NCBI GenBank assembly: GCA_038322445.1
Contig: JBBQFW010000001.1
Coordinates: 1 to 45,859 of the forward strand
DNA from: Gemmatimonadales bacterium
Lineage (GTDB): Bacteria > Gemmatimonadota > Gemmatimonadetes > Gemmatimonadales > Gemmatimonadaceae
Length of the DNA: 45,859 nucleotides
Direction of reading: 5' to 3'
Part shown: positions 25,574-34,573 of the stretch, piece by piece
Position numbering within the stretch: the stretch's first letter is position 1
How the letters are laid out: the number at the start of each line of letters is the position of its first letter
Made by a program: the position numbers and the translations under genes
The notes under the pieces: generated by a model
The model's database searches: none
The model's input: the letters and a program-made list of their open reading frames with translations, nothing else
Told to the model about the DNA's origin: nothing

Positions 25574-27223
25574 TTACCCGGGTGCGTCAAAGGACTTCTG
25601 GATGATGTCCTGCGCCTCGGCCTGAATGCGATGCAGATGCTCCGTGCCCACGAAGCTCTCGGCGTAGAGCTTGTAGACGTCCTCCGTGCCTGACGGGCGC
25701 GCGGCGAACCATCCATTGGCGGTTTCGACCTTGAGGCCACCGATCGCCGCGCCGTTGCCTGGCGCCGTGGTCGCGAGGTTGACGATGCGATCACCGGCGA
25801 GCTCAGACGCGGATATGCTGGTCGGCGATAGCTTGGCCAGCCGCGCCTTCTGTTCCGGTGTGGCGGGGGCATCGATGCGCTCATACACCGGCGCCCCGAG
25901 GGATTGGGTCAGTTCTGCGTATTGCTCGCCCGGATCCTTGCCCGTTACCGCCGTCATCTCCGCGGCGAGCAGACCGAGGGCGATGCCATCCTTGTCGGTG
26001 GTCCAGACGGTGCCGTCGCGACGGAGCAGTGTGGCGCCGGCGCTCTCTTCGCCCACGAAGCCGAGCGTGCCCGCCATGAGGCCGTCAACGAACCACTTGA
26101 AGCCCACCGGGACCTCGAGCACCGGTCGCCCGATTTGCGCGGCGACGCGATTGATCATGCTGCTGCTCACGATCGTCTTGCCGATGCCGGTCTTCGCGCC
26201 CCAGCCCGGGCGATGGGTGAAGAGGTAGGCGATGCACACCGCGAGGTAGTGATTCGGATTCAGCAGGCCCGCGCTGCGAGAGACGATGCCGTGACGATCG
26301 TGGTCGGTATCACAGGCCCAGGCCACGTCGAACTTGTCGCGCTGGCGAATGAGGCGCTGCATCGCGTACGGCGACGAACAGTCCATTCGGATGCGACCGT
26401 CCCAATCAAGGCTCATGAAGCGAAAGGTCGGGTCGACCTCCGTGCTCACGACGTTGATGGGCAGGCGATGCCGATCGGCGATCTCGCCCCAGTAGGCGAC
26501 GCCGGCACCGCCGAGAGGATCAGCACCGAGCGTCACGGATGCGCCACGAATGGCGTCGACATCGACCACCTGTGGCAAGTGGCGAACGTAGGCGTCGAGA
26601 TAGTCGTAGCGGTGCGTCGTCGCAGCCGCGCGGGCACGTGCGAGCGGAATGCGCACGATCGCGCGCAGGTCGTCGGCCAGCAGTGCATTCGCCTTGTCCT
26701 GGATCCAGCCGGTGGCGCTGGTGTCGGCGGGTCCACCGTTGGGCGGGTTGTACTTGAAGCCACCGTCTTCCGGTGGGTTGTGCGACGGCGTGATGACGAT
26801 GCCGTCGGCGAGGTCGCTCGTACGACCGCGATTGTAGGCGATGATGGCGAGCGACACGGCCGGCGTGGGCGCGTAGCCGCCGCGCGAGTCGATCATGGTC
26901 TCGACGCCATTCGCCGCGAGCACCTCGAGCGCGCTGCCGACGGCGGACTCCGAGAGCGCGTGTGTGTCGATGCCGAGGAAGAGCGGACCGGTGATGTGCC
27001 GCTGCTGCCTGTAGAGACAGATCGCCTGCGTGATGGCGAGGATGTGTCGCTCGTTGAAGGAGCGGTTCGTCGACGTGCCGCGATGGCCCGATGTTCCAAA
27101 GCTCACCCGCTCGCCGCGGACCTCCGGATCCGGCAGCTCGGAGTAGTACGCGCTGACGAGCCGGGGAATGTTGGCGAGGTCGCCCGGCAGGGGAGACTGT
27201 CCGGCGCGTGGATGAACGTTCAT
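25574..27223 (-). CDS. pgm: phosphoglucomutase (alpha-D-glucose-phosphate specific)
   Basis: 549 aa from MNVHPRAGQSPLPGDLANIPRLVSAYY. Active-site loop TPSHNPPEDGGFKYN. The 96-aa upstream extension in the track runs through non-coding repeats. Confidence 0.92.
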   Translation of the reverse strand: MNVHPRAGQSPLPGDLANIPRLVSAYYSELPDPEVRGERVSFGTSGHRGTSTNRSFNERHILAITQAICLYRQQRHITGPLFLGIDTHALSESAVGSALEVLAANGVETMIDSRGGYAPTPAVSLAIIAYNRGRTSDLADGIVITPSHNPPEDGGFKYNPPNGGPADTSATGWIQDKANALLADDLRAIVRIPLARARAAATTHRYDYLDAYVRHLPQVVDVDAIRGASVTLGADPLGGAGVAYWGEIADRHRLPINVVSTEVDPTFRFMSLDWDGRIRMDCSSPYAMQRLIRQRDKFDVAWACDTDHDRHGIVSRSAGLLNPNHYLAVCIAYLFTHRPGWGAKTGIGKTIVSSSMINRVAAQIGRPVLEVPVGFKWFVDGLMAGTLGFVGEESAGATLLRRDGTVWTTDKDGIALGLLAAEMTAVTGKDPGEQYAELTQSLGAPVYERIDAPATPEQKARLAKLSPTSISASELAGDRIVNLATTAPGNGAAIGGLKVETANGWFAARPSGTEDVYKLYAESFVGTEHLHRIQAEAQDIIQKSFDAPG

Positions 27224-27295
27224 GCGTGTGTGGTCGGAGAGTTTCTGCCCGCAGGCGCAAGGTACGGGCTGGGTGCGGGGTCGGACAATCAGCAA

Positions 27296-27347
27296 GTCTG
27301 ACAGTCGGACAGTCGGACCCGGACGGCCGGCTTCGCCGGCGTCCTCG
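27296..27347 (+). repeat. GC-rich hairpin repeat, family 2, copy 1
   Basis: 27308-27347 matches 35999-36038 at 36 of 40 positions (hand alignment). Core bulged hairpin GGACG(G)CCGG-CTTCG-CCGGCGTCC, preceded by GTCTGACAGTCGGACAGTCGGAC. Confidence 0.7.
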
Positions 27348-27354
27348 TGAACAG

Positions 27355-27518
27355 GACTGCAACTGCGCAACTGACACCGCACAACTGGCACTGCACAACT
27401 GGCACTGCACAACTGGCACTGCACGACTGCCACTGCACGACTACCACGGCACGACTGCCCCGGCACGACTGCCACGGCACAACTGCCACGGCACAACTGC
27501 CACGGCAGCACTGTCCCC
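27355..27518. repeat. 14-bp tandem repeat array (10 clean units plus about 2 degenerate)
   Basis: Units in phase from 27379: GCACAACTGGCACT x3, then GCACGACTGCCACT, GCACGACTACCACG, GCACGACTGCCCCG, GCACGACTGCCACG, GCACAACTGCCACG x2, GCAGCACTGTCCCC. Confidence 0.9.
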
Positions 27519-27603
27519 CCTCGTCATCGCCGCAAACGCGGGGATCCGTTTTCCGGGTTGCCGAACGAAACATGGATTCGCGTTTTCGCGGGAATGACGA
27601 ACG
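27519..27603 (+). repeat. composite REP-like hairpin element, copy 3 (degenerate)
   Basis: CTCGTCATCGCCGCAAACGCGGGGATCCG... and CATGGATTCGCGTTTTCGCGGGAATGACGAACG are homologous to both halves of copies 1 and 2. Confidence 0.7.
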
Positions 27604-27641
27604 AGCGCCGGAGTGCGGCATTGCCCCCTCGTTGTAGCGGC

Positions 27642-28334
27642 TCAGCCCCGCTCGGCGTCGCGCCGAACACCCGCCTTTTCACCGCGAAGGGCGACGTCGA
27701 TGGGCTGGGCAGCACCGGCGCCGACTTCGCGTCCTGTGTCGGTGAGCACTCGTGTGACGAACCGCTGGCCTTCCCCGATGCGTTCGACCTCGATGGCAAT
27801 GGAGTCCATCGACTGGTCGAGACGATTGAGGCGATCGACGAGCTCCTGCGGAAAGGCCGTTACCGCAGCAGCGCCGCGCTTCCAGATTCGACGGGCAAAG
27901 GCAATGGAGAGCGGAAGAAACACGATCACGATGAACATGCCGGAGAGCACGAACACTTCCTCTGGTGGACCGCTCCGCGGCTCTGGCGGCCGCTCGACGA
28001 TGGCGCCTGGTACCGCGGCCGCCTTGGCGACCTGTTGATCCGCCGCCGCGAGCTCCTTGTCCGCGTCCGCAATCCGCTTGTCGACGTCGGCGAGGCGTGT
28101 CACGATTCCCGCGCGATCGGCCTTGTCCAATTGCTCATTCCGCAGATCGCTCGTGAGCTCACCCCGTTTGCCCTCGAGCTACTCGAGCTGGTTCCTCAAT
28201 TCTCGACGCTGTTCGTTGAACGCCTTGTACACGGCCTCCGGAGTAGACACACCTGGCGTGAGGACGACGCGTGTGGGCGCCGTGGTGAGCGCCGGTGGCG
28301 CCGGTGGCGCCTGGAGATTGGGGGATGATTGCAT
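27642..28334 (-). pseudogene. coiled-coil single-pass membrane protein interrupted by an in-frame TAG (28179-28181)
   Basis: The track ORF starts at TTG 28130. In the same frame upstream, my translation from ATG 28334 reads MQSSPNLQAPPAPPALTTAPTRVVLTPGVSTPEAVYKAFNEQRRELRNQLE*LEGKRGELTSDLRNEQLDKADRAG... The coiled-coil character continues across the stop. Confidence 0.5.
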
Positions 28335-28450
28335 CGGTGCCTGGAGCGGGTTCGACCGGCGCGGCGCGCGCGCCGCAGGGGGAACATACGTCGTGGAATA
28401 GCGCGCGTTTCAGACTCGGTCGCGGCAATCGAACCGGGCGCGCGGTGGCC

Positions 28451-31015
28451 CTAGAACGACGCGCGCAGGCCAGCAGTGACGGTACGACCGGGCCGGATCG
28501 TGACGTTGTCGGGCTCGCCAAGCTGGCCGCCGAGCAGTTTCTCGCCGATCACGAGGAGGGCAACACCCCGCACCAGATCGCGCGACGTCGACAGGCGCAG
28601 GTGCGTCTGGCCATCGTAGGCGCGCCAGTAGGTGCGAAGACGCGTTCCGGTGGGCTCGCGCAGCGGATTGGGCGTCTGTGACAGGTACCACTTCGCGAGG
28701 CTGACCCGATCGTAGTTGATCCAGTCGTTGGCGCGCGTGGCGGCCAGGGCCATGAACCACGCGTCGCCCTGGTAGCTCACGGTTGTGCTGAAGGTTCGCG
28801 CCGGCACTGAGAGCATGCGGTCGCCAGGCCGCAGATCGCCAAGGTACCCGGTCGCCAGCGCGCGCACCCGGCTGTCGACCGATGAAATGGCGCTGGACAG
28901 CGTGAGCGGTCCGCGCGTGGCGCTGCCCTGCAGCTCCCAACCGGTGTTGGTGATCTCACCGACATTCTGCAGTTGGTACCGCACACGCCGCTGCGCGATG
29001 CCGTTCCGCAACAACGTGTCGATGGCCACCGAGACGTTCTGGATGAGACCCGTCACGTGCTGGTCGAAGCGCGTGAGTTGCAGGGAGAACGCGCGGCCGA
29101 AGTACACCTCCGCGCCTGTTTCGTATCCGGACTGTACCTCCGGATCGAGTGCAGCCACGGCCGTGGCGCCATAGCCGAGGCTGTATGCGTAGCCCGACGA
29201 TGCGGCGCGCGCCGGGGTCTGCGGCGGTCGAATACCCTTTCCATACGCAGCGCGCCATTTCACCTCGGCGCCGCCAAGATTGCGGACGGCCGCAACGCCG
29301 ATCATCGGAAGGAGTGGGTAGCGGTTGTTTCCGGAGAAGGCGTCATTGCGCTCCACGCGCAGCCCTGCCGTCATGAACAGCGCGTCATCGATGGACGTGC
29401 TCAGCTGCGACAGGATGCCGGTGTTGTGGTTCCAGGACTCGACGACGTTGTCGACGGCCGTCCAGTAGCGCTCGCCCGTCTGGCTCGGAACCCGAGAGGT
29501 GACGGTACCTGCCTGGCGCAGGACAGACTGCTCGATACCGACGGTGAGGGTCGTGTGCGGTTCGCCTTCGTCGCCGAAGTGCGCGACACTGCTCTCTCGG
29601 AAGGTGACGCGGTCGCCGTTGCCCTGCGCCGCGCGGAGGGCGGAGTCGAGCGGGGAGGGCACCGGATTCGTTGCGTCGGCGACGTTGACGAGGTGATAGC
29701 CGTCGAGGCCCGCGAGGAGCGTATGCGTCCACCGGCCCTCCGTCGCACGCGCCACCGCAGTCGACACCGTGTACTCACGAACGGACTGTGACAGGTCAGA
29801 TCCCGCTCCGACCGCGGGCGCGGCGGCGGTGGAATCCGGGCCGACGAGCGTCGGGAGTGGAATGAGCGGATTGCGGCCCGTCCCTGCACGTTTGTCGAAC
29901 ACGCGCGCAGACGTCGTCCAGGTCTCACGCGCAGTGACGAGGCGCGCGTCACCGGAGGCGGCGAGCTGCCTGCTCTCCGAGGACGGGAAGAGCGCGCCTG
30001 TCTGTCCGTAGGTCACGGCGATGCCTGCAGACTTCACGTTCGTGCCCGTGCGCACCGTGACGCGCTGCTCATGCGTGGGGACGAGGCCGGGAGCGTAGGC
30101 GCTGCTCGCGGCGCCCGCCATGCTGCGCACCTGCACCAACGGCGCCGTAGCGCTGCCGCCGTCGTGACGCGTGAGCACGTTGATCACGCCGCTGATCGCA
30201 TCCGACCCGTAAAGGGCAGAACCCTGCGGACCGCGAATGACCTCGATGCGGTCCACGACCTCCGGGTTGAGCTGGTTGACGAGCAGGGGGTTCGCGACTT
30301 CCACGCCATCGATGTAGATCTTCGGCGCGCTGGAGCCGAACGAACTGGCGCCGCGGATGCCGCCGTACTGCGACACGAGCGCCGAGGGGCCCTGCGTCCA
30401 CGACCACACGCCGGGAACCGCGGCATTGAGCAGCTCGGAGAGCGAGCCCTGCGCCTGCTTGCGGAGCTGCTCCCCGTCGATGACTTCCATGCCGATCACG
30501 AGCGACCGCCGCGGGGCGGCGATTGCGTTCCCAGTCACGACCACGCGGTCGAGCACACTCACGCCTGCTGATGGCGCCGGCGCGGTCTTGAGCGACGTCA
30601 GGGCCGGGGAGAGGACGACGCGACCGGCCACGACCGTCGCCTGCACGGAGCTTCCGCGGAGGAGCGCGGACAGGATGGCGCCGAGGGGTTGCTGATCCGC
30701 CGCGAGGCACACGCGCCCATCGACCGGGAGGAAATCGGCCGAGTAGGCGAGGCGCACACCGGATCCCGCGCTGAGGCGATCGAGTGCCTCGCGGAGGGAG
30801 ACGTCGTACGCGTGCAGGGAGAATCGGGTATCCAGCGGTGCGGTCCATCCACCAGGGGGCGCGGCGACCTGGGCATCTTCGCAGACGTGCTGCGCGCGAG
30901 CCGCGGCAGGCAGCGCGAGAAAGGTCAGAGCCGTGAAGCAGGCCCGGCGGGAAGCGGCAGGGAGGCGCATGCGGTATCCAAAACGATACGCGCCGCGACG
31001 CACCCCCGCCATCAC
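28451..31015 (-). CDS. TonB-dependent receptor with N-terminal STN signalling domain
   Basis: 854 aa. Signal peptide, STN-like YDVSLREALDRLSAGSGVRLAYSADFL, plug, large barrel, terminal ..GLRASF. ATGA overlap with the fecR-like gene. Confidence 0.88.
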   Translation of the reverse strand: MMAGVRRGAYRFGYRMRLPAASRRACFTALTFLALPAAARAQHVCEDAQVAAPPGGWTAPLDTRFSLHAYDVSLREALDRLSAGSGVRLAYSADFLPVDGRVCLAADQQPLGAILSALLRGSSVQATVVAGRVVLSPALTSLKTAPAPSAGVSVLDRVVVTGNAIAAPRRSLVIGMEVIDGEQLRKQAQGSLSELLNAAVPGVWSWTQGPSALVSQYGGIRGASSFGSSAPKIYIDGVEVANPLLVNQLNPEVVDRIEVIRGPQGSALYGSDAISGVINVLTRHDGGSATAPLVQVRSMAGAASSAYAPGLVPTHEQRVTVRTGTNVKSAGIAVTYGQTGALFPSSESRQLAASGDARLVTARETWTTSARVFDKRAGTGRNPLIPLPTLVGPDSTAAAPAVGAGSDLSQSVREYTVSTAVARATEGRWTHTLLAGLDGYHLVNVADATNPVPSPLDSALRAAQGNGDRVTFRESSVAHFGDEGEPHTTLTVGIEQSVLRQAGTVTSRVPSQTGERYWTAVDNVVESWNHNTGILSQLSTSIDDALFMTAGLRVERNDAFSGNNRYPLLPMIGVAAVRNLGGAEVKWRAAYGKGIRPPQTPARAASSGYAYSLGYGATAVAALDPEVQSGYETGAEVYFGRAFSLQLTRFDQHVTGLIQNVSVAIDTLLRNGIAQRRVRYQLQNVGEITNTGWELQGSATRGPLTLSSAISSVDSRVRALATGYLGDLRPGDRMLSVPARTFSTTVSYQGDAWFMALAATRANDWINYDRVSLAKWYLSQTPNPLREPTGTRLRTYWRAYDGQTHLRLSTSRDLVRGVALLVIGEKLLGGQLGEPDNVTIRPGRTVTAGLRASF

Positions 31016-32103
31016 TTCGTCAGAGAGCCGGCGGGGACCGAGACAATGTGGAGGACGCCGGCTTCGTCGCTGAGGGCTCCTCCGATGGTAGCGGCGACGA
31101 TCTTCACGACGTCCGCGCCGGAGAGTCCACGGTCGAAACTCGCGGTCACCGGTCGACGGGCCAACGCCGAATCCACATTCACGTCGACGCCATACCAGCG
31201 GTGGAGGTCGGCCGTGACCTGCGCGACCGATGCGTCACGGAAAACGAGCCGACCCTGTGTCCACGCGAGATCCTCCGCGCCGACCGCGTTGCGTTGCACG
31301 CGGATGCCACCTCCCGTGGCGACGACGGCAACGTCTCCCGCAGCCAACGTCTGGTGCGCGCCGACGGACAGCGCCTCCACGTCGACGGACCCTTCGGTCA
31401 CGACGACCCGCGCCCCTGCGGCGCCATCGCTATGCACGGAAAAGATGGTGCCGACGTCGCGTATGGTGGCCGCAACCGTATGGATGACAAACGGGTGCGC
31501 TGCGTTGTGCACAACGGTGAATCGGGCCTCACCGGTGAGGGTCATCTCACGCTGGTTTGCGCGGAAGCCCTTTCCGAGAATGAGCCGGCTGCCCGGTCCG
31601 AGAAGGACGTGGCTTCCATCGGGCAGCGTGAGCGAATCCATGGCGCCCGCCGCGGTGGCGTAGATCGTTGGGGTGTCGAGCGCCGGCGTGCGCTTGACTG
31701 CGGCGCGCCACACCAGGCTCGCACCGGCCACCACAAGCACCGCTGCGGCGGCTGCGAAACGAGCGTGGCGCCAACGGTTCCGATAGACGTCGAGCACAGT
31801 GACCGATGCGCGGCGCGGAGCGGACGCGGTGCGCTTGTCTTGTGCGGCGCGGGAGTGGACATGCGCGAGCGCCGTCTCGATCTCGTCGGCCGTTGGCGCC
31901 ATGGGCTGGGGAGCGCGCCCGACTTCCGCCAGCAGGTTGATCAGGGCAGCGCGCGCCGGCTGCTCGTCGATCGCCTGCTGGACACGTGCACGCTCGACGA
32001 CCGTCCCTTCGCCCGCCAGATGGCGCGCGATGCCCTCCCAATCGGGTTCGGAGAAGTCGGAAGGCGTGCGCGGCTGTTCGGTCATATCGTACAGACACCA
32101 CAA
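31012..32103 (-). CDS. FecR-family anti-sigma factor / transmembrane sensor
   Basis: 363 aa. Cytoplasmic N-domain, TM FAAAAAVLVVAGASLVW, periplasmic FecR motif TLPDGSHVLLGPGSRLIL. Confidence 0.85.
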   Translation of the reverse strand: MWCLYDMTEQPRTPSDFSEPDWEGIARHLAGEGTVVERARVQQAIDEQPARAALINLLAEVGRAPQPMAPTADEIETALAHVHSRAAQDKRTASAPRRASVTVLDVYRNRWRHARFAAAAAVLVVAGASLVWRAAVKRTPALDTPTIYATAAGAMDSLTLPDGSHVLLGPGSRLILGKGFRANQREMTLTGEARFTVVHNAAHPFVIHTVAATIRDVGTIFSVHSDGAAGARVVVTEGSVDVEALSVGAHQTLAAGDVAVVATGGGIRVQRNAVGAEDLAWTQGRLVFRDASVAQVTADLHRWYGVDVNVDSALARRPVTASFDRGLSGADVVKIVAATIGGALSDEAGVLHIVSVPAGSLTK

Positions 32104-32235
32104 GGGGGTCGTACCCCATGTGCGGAACGATGGTGGCGCAAGGGCGGGCGGCGCGTGAAGCAGCCGACTGCGGCGGCAACTGTGATGACCGCGGGCGTGA
32201 GTAGGACCATTACATTATGCATCGCTCCAGCCTGA

Positions 32236-32805
32236 TTGACCAGCGACACGGACCACGTGGACGAATCGGAACTCCTGCAGCGACTTCGCACCGGCGACAA
32301 CGAGGCATATGCGGCGATCTTCCGGGAGCACTACCCGGCGCTCGTCGCGAGTGCGACGCGTCTCCTCGGCGAGCGATCGCTCGCGGAGGAGATCGCGCAG
32401 GACGTGATGCTGGAGTTGTGGCGGCGGCGTGACACGCTCGAGCTCACGGGCCCTGTGCGGGCGTACCTGCATTCGGCGGCGCGCAACCGGGCCCTGAATC
32501 GCCTGAGGCAGGGCCGAACGGCGCAGCGCGGCGAGGTCTACGTCAAGGGTCCTTCCGAGGCACCCGCGGCGGACTCCCGCGTGATGTCGGGTGAGCTCGC
32601 CGGCGCAGTCGCGGAGGCGATTGCCTCGCTGTCGGGCCCGCAACGCGAGGTGTTCGAGATGAGCCGGACGCGCGGCCTCACCTACAACGAGATCGCGACG
32701 CTGCTGGGCATCTCGGTGAAGAGCGTGGAGGCGCGGATGGGTCGCGCGCTCAAGCAGCTGCGCGATCACCTGGCGCCGTGGCTACCCGAAGCGGGCGGCT
32801 GGTAG
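32236..32805 (+). CDS. ECF (sigma-70 family) RNA polymerase sigma factor
   Basis: 189 aa. Region 2 FREHYPALVASATRLLGERSLAEEIAQDVMLELW and region 4 LSGPQREVFEMSRTRGLTYNEIATLLGISVKSVEARMGRAL. Divergent from fecR. Start is TTG 32236 or GTG 32257. Confidence 0.88.
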   Translation: MTSDTDHVDESELLQRLRTGDNEAYAAIFREHYPALVASATRLLGERSLAEEIAQDVMLELWRRRDTLELTGPVRAYLHSAARNRALNRLRQGRTAQRGEVYVKGPSEAPAADSRVMSGELAGAVAEAIASLSGPQREVFEMSRTRGLTYNEIATLLGISVKSVEARMGRALKQLRDHLAPWLPEAGGW

Positions 32806-32965
32806 TACGCTCGCCACGATGGCAGGAGCCGGACGCACGCGAACCCCCACCGGAACGCGCACATCCGACCCTGTCCCCATCCTGACACTTATGGAATCCC
32901 TTCAGCGGAACGGCCGCTGACCGGATCCTGTCCCTGATACACGTGACCGTTACGATACCCTACCG

Positions 32966-33817
32966 CTAGAACGGAAGAAGCGTAAAGGACAGCCCAGCGG
33001 CGGAACGGGTGAAGGTCGCGCTGATCTTCGGCGCCAGCAGCTTGCGATCGAAGTAGTTGCCCGGATGATCGTGGCTGTAGTTCACCGCCTTCTGTCCCGC
33101 GAAGACACCCAGGAATACGCCAAGGGCGACGTCGCTGGCCCAATGCTCGTCCAGGTACATGCGTGATAGTGACGGCAGCGTCGCTCCGGCATAGAGCAGC
33201 GGCGTGATGAGTCCGCGGTGGTTGGTGTCTCGCCGCTTCATCTCTGTTGCCAATCCGGACGCGACCGCGAAGCTGGCCATTGCGTGCATGGACGGGAACG
33301 ACCGGTAGTTGAAGCTCCGAAACCCCGCGAGGAGTTGGAAGTCGTAGGGCTGGCCATTCCGCTTCTCGCCCACCGCATCGACGACATATGGCCGGGTGCG
33401 GCCAAGGACGCCCCGAATGACCTGGATGAACATCGCGGTGGCGGCCAGCCCTTCGGTCGTGTGAAGGGCGACATCCGCGGTGCCGTCGCTGTGCCGAAGT
33501 CGCGCCACGCCCCACACCGTGGCGCCGGTGATCATGAAAACGGTTTCCGTCGCCAGGCTGGCGCGGTTGGCCGCGCTGGTGATACCGGGATGATTGACCT
33601 GGAACGCGGAGTCGTAGAAGGCATGCGCGAGGCGGACGTCGAGCTTCGACAGCGCGGCCGTGCCCAGGGTGGCGCCCGCGAACAGCACCAGGTCAGGATG
33701 CGTGATGAGTGGGGCTGGCTGCGCCATGGCCGGGCTCGATGCGCTGGCGCAGCACAGCATCACGCAGAGCATTGCGCTCGTGCACCGGCGATCGGTCGCG
33801 ATCCCACTGCGCATCAT
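32966..33817 (-). CDS. PAP2-superfamily phosphatase with signal peptide (paralog B)
   Basis: 283 aa from MMRSGIATD (ATG 33817). Motifs GRTRP, FPSMH, SRMYLDEHWASD. Ends ..SFTLLPF. Confidence 0.75.
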   Translation of the reverse strand: MMRSGIATDRRCTSAMLCVMLCCASASSPAMAQPAPLITHPDLVLFAGATLGTAALSKLDVRLAHAFYDSAFQVNHPGITSAANRASLATETVFMITGATVWGVARLRHSDGTADVALHTTEGLAATAMFIQVIRGVLGRTRPYVVDAVGEKRNGQPYDFQLLAGFRSFNYRSFPSMHAMASFAVASGLATEMKRRDTNHRGLITPLLYAGATLPSLSRMYLDEHWASDVALGVFLGVFAGQKAVNYSHDHPGNYFDRKLLAPKISATFTRSAAGLSFTLLPF

Positions 33818-34503
33818 CGCGATGGCTCCGTCACTCGAACCGGAGCGGTGCCGGCGACATACTCGTACAAGACTGAAGACAGTGCGCCAATCGCGATACC
33901 GAGGCACCAGCCGCCGACGACATCGGACGCCCAGTGGACGTCGAGGTACACGCGACTCATGCCGATCACCAATGCAATGGCAGTCGCGCCAGCGAGCGCT
34001 ACGCCACCCGATACGACTCCCTCGCGATACAGCACGTACGCAACGGCGCATGAGACGGCGCTCGACGTGGTGGCATGGGCCGACGGAAAGGAATACGTGC
34101 CCTCGAATGCGTTGCCGTTGCCGGACGGCCGAGCCCGCAAGACGATTGACTTGGTGCCGAGGTACGCGACCACGGCCGCAACGGGAGCGAAGAGCGCGGT
34201 CAACGGAACCATGGATCGGCGGACAATGGCCACGAACGCAACCCCGACGCACGCGTACACGATCATCGGCGTCACGGAACCTGCGGTCGAGACGAACGCA
34301 AAGACTGCGACGCCGACGGGGCGGTTCGCGGCGAGCGCCCATTGACGGATTGCTCCGTCGATACCGGTGCCGGGGTGGGCGGAAACGGCGAGGCCGAGAC
34401 CCACGAAAATCGCGAGTGCGGTGGCCGCAATCAGGAGCGCTCGACTTCCCCTAGCATTGCCCGGCCCGCTTCGTGCCTCGATCGATGCTGCTGTGTCGGA
34501 CAT
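33814..34503 (-). CDS. PAP2-superfamily membrane phosphatase (paralog A)
   Basis: 229 aa from MSDTAAS (ATG 34503). Motifs KSIVLRARP, FPSAH, SRVYLDVHWASD. Its stop overlaps the start of paralog B (ATGA). Confidence 0.8.
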   Translation of the reverse strand: MSDTAASIEARSGPGNARGSRALLIAATALAIFVGLGLAVSAHPGTGIDGAIRQWALAANRPVGVAVFAFVSTAGSVTPMIVYACVGVAFVAIVRRSMVPLTALFAPVAAVVAYLGTKSIVLRARPSGNGNAFEGTYSFPSAHATTSSAVSCAVAYVLYREGVVSGGVALAGATAIALVIGMSRVYLDVHWASDVVGGWCLGIAIGALSSVLYEYVAGTAPVRVTEPSR

Positions 34504-34573
34504 GCGCGCACCCTGTGCACATTTCGGGCGCGGGCGTGTGAGTGTTACCACAATCCACAGAAGGGAAACATCG

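Noticed and set aside
27224-27511. N-terminal 96-aa extension of the pgm ORF, and other ORFs with CQLCSASCAV-type repeats (26520..27419, 27208..27637)
   Set aside because: The repetitive peptides come from the 14-bp tandem array. A 14-bp period cannot be a coding repeat, all frames are open by composition, and Pgm homology starts at MNVHPRAGQ (27223).
27355-27518. Possible CRISPR array
   Set aside because: The units are directly adjacent 14-mers with no spacers, far shorter than CRISPR repeats, and there are no cas genes in the window.
28179-28181. TAG decoded as pyrrolysine
   Set aside because: There are no pyl genes in the window, and none is expected in this kind of bacterium. Nonsense mutation, sequencing error or low-level read-through are simpler explanations.
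28171-28190. CTCGAG-TAG-CTCGAG (and CTCGAG pairs near 12476-12516) as traces of an engineered cassette
   Set aside because: CTCGAG is simply Leu-Glu in the preferred codons of this genome and is frequent in coiled-coil coding sequence. There is no vector-like sequence nearby.
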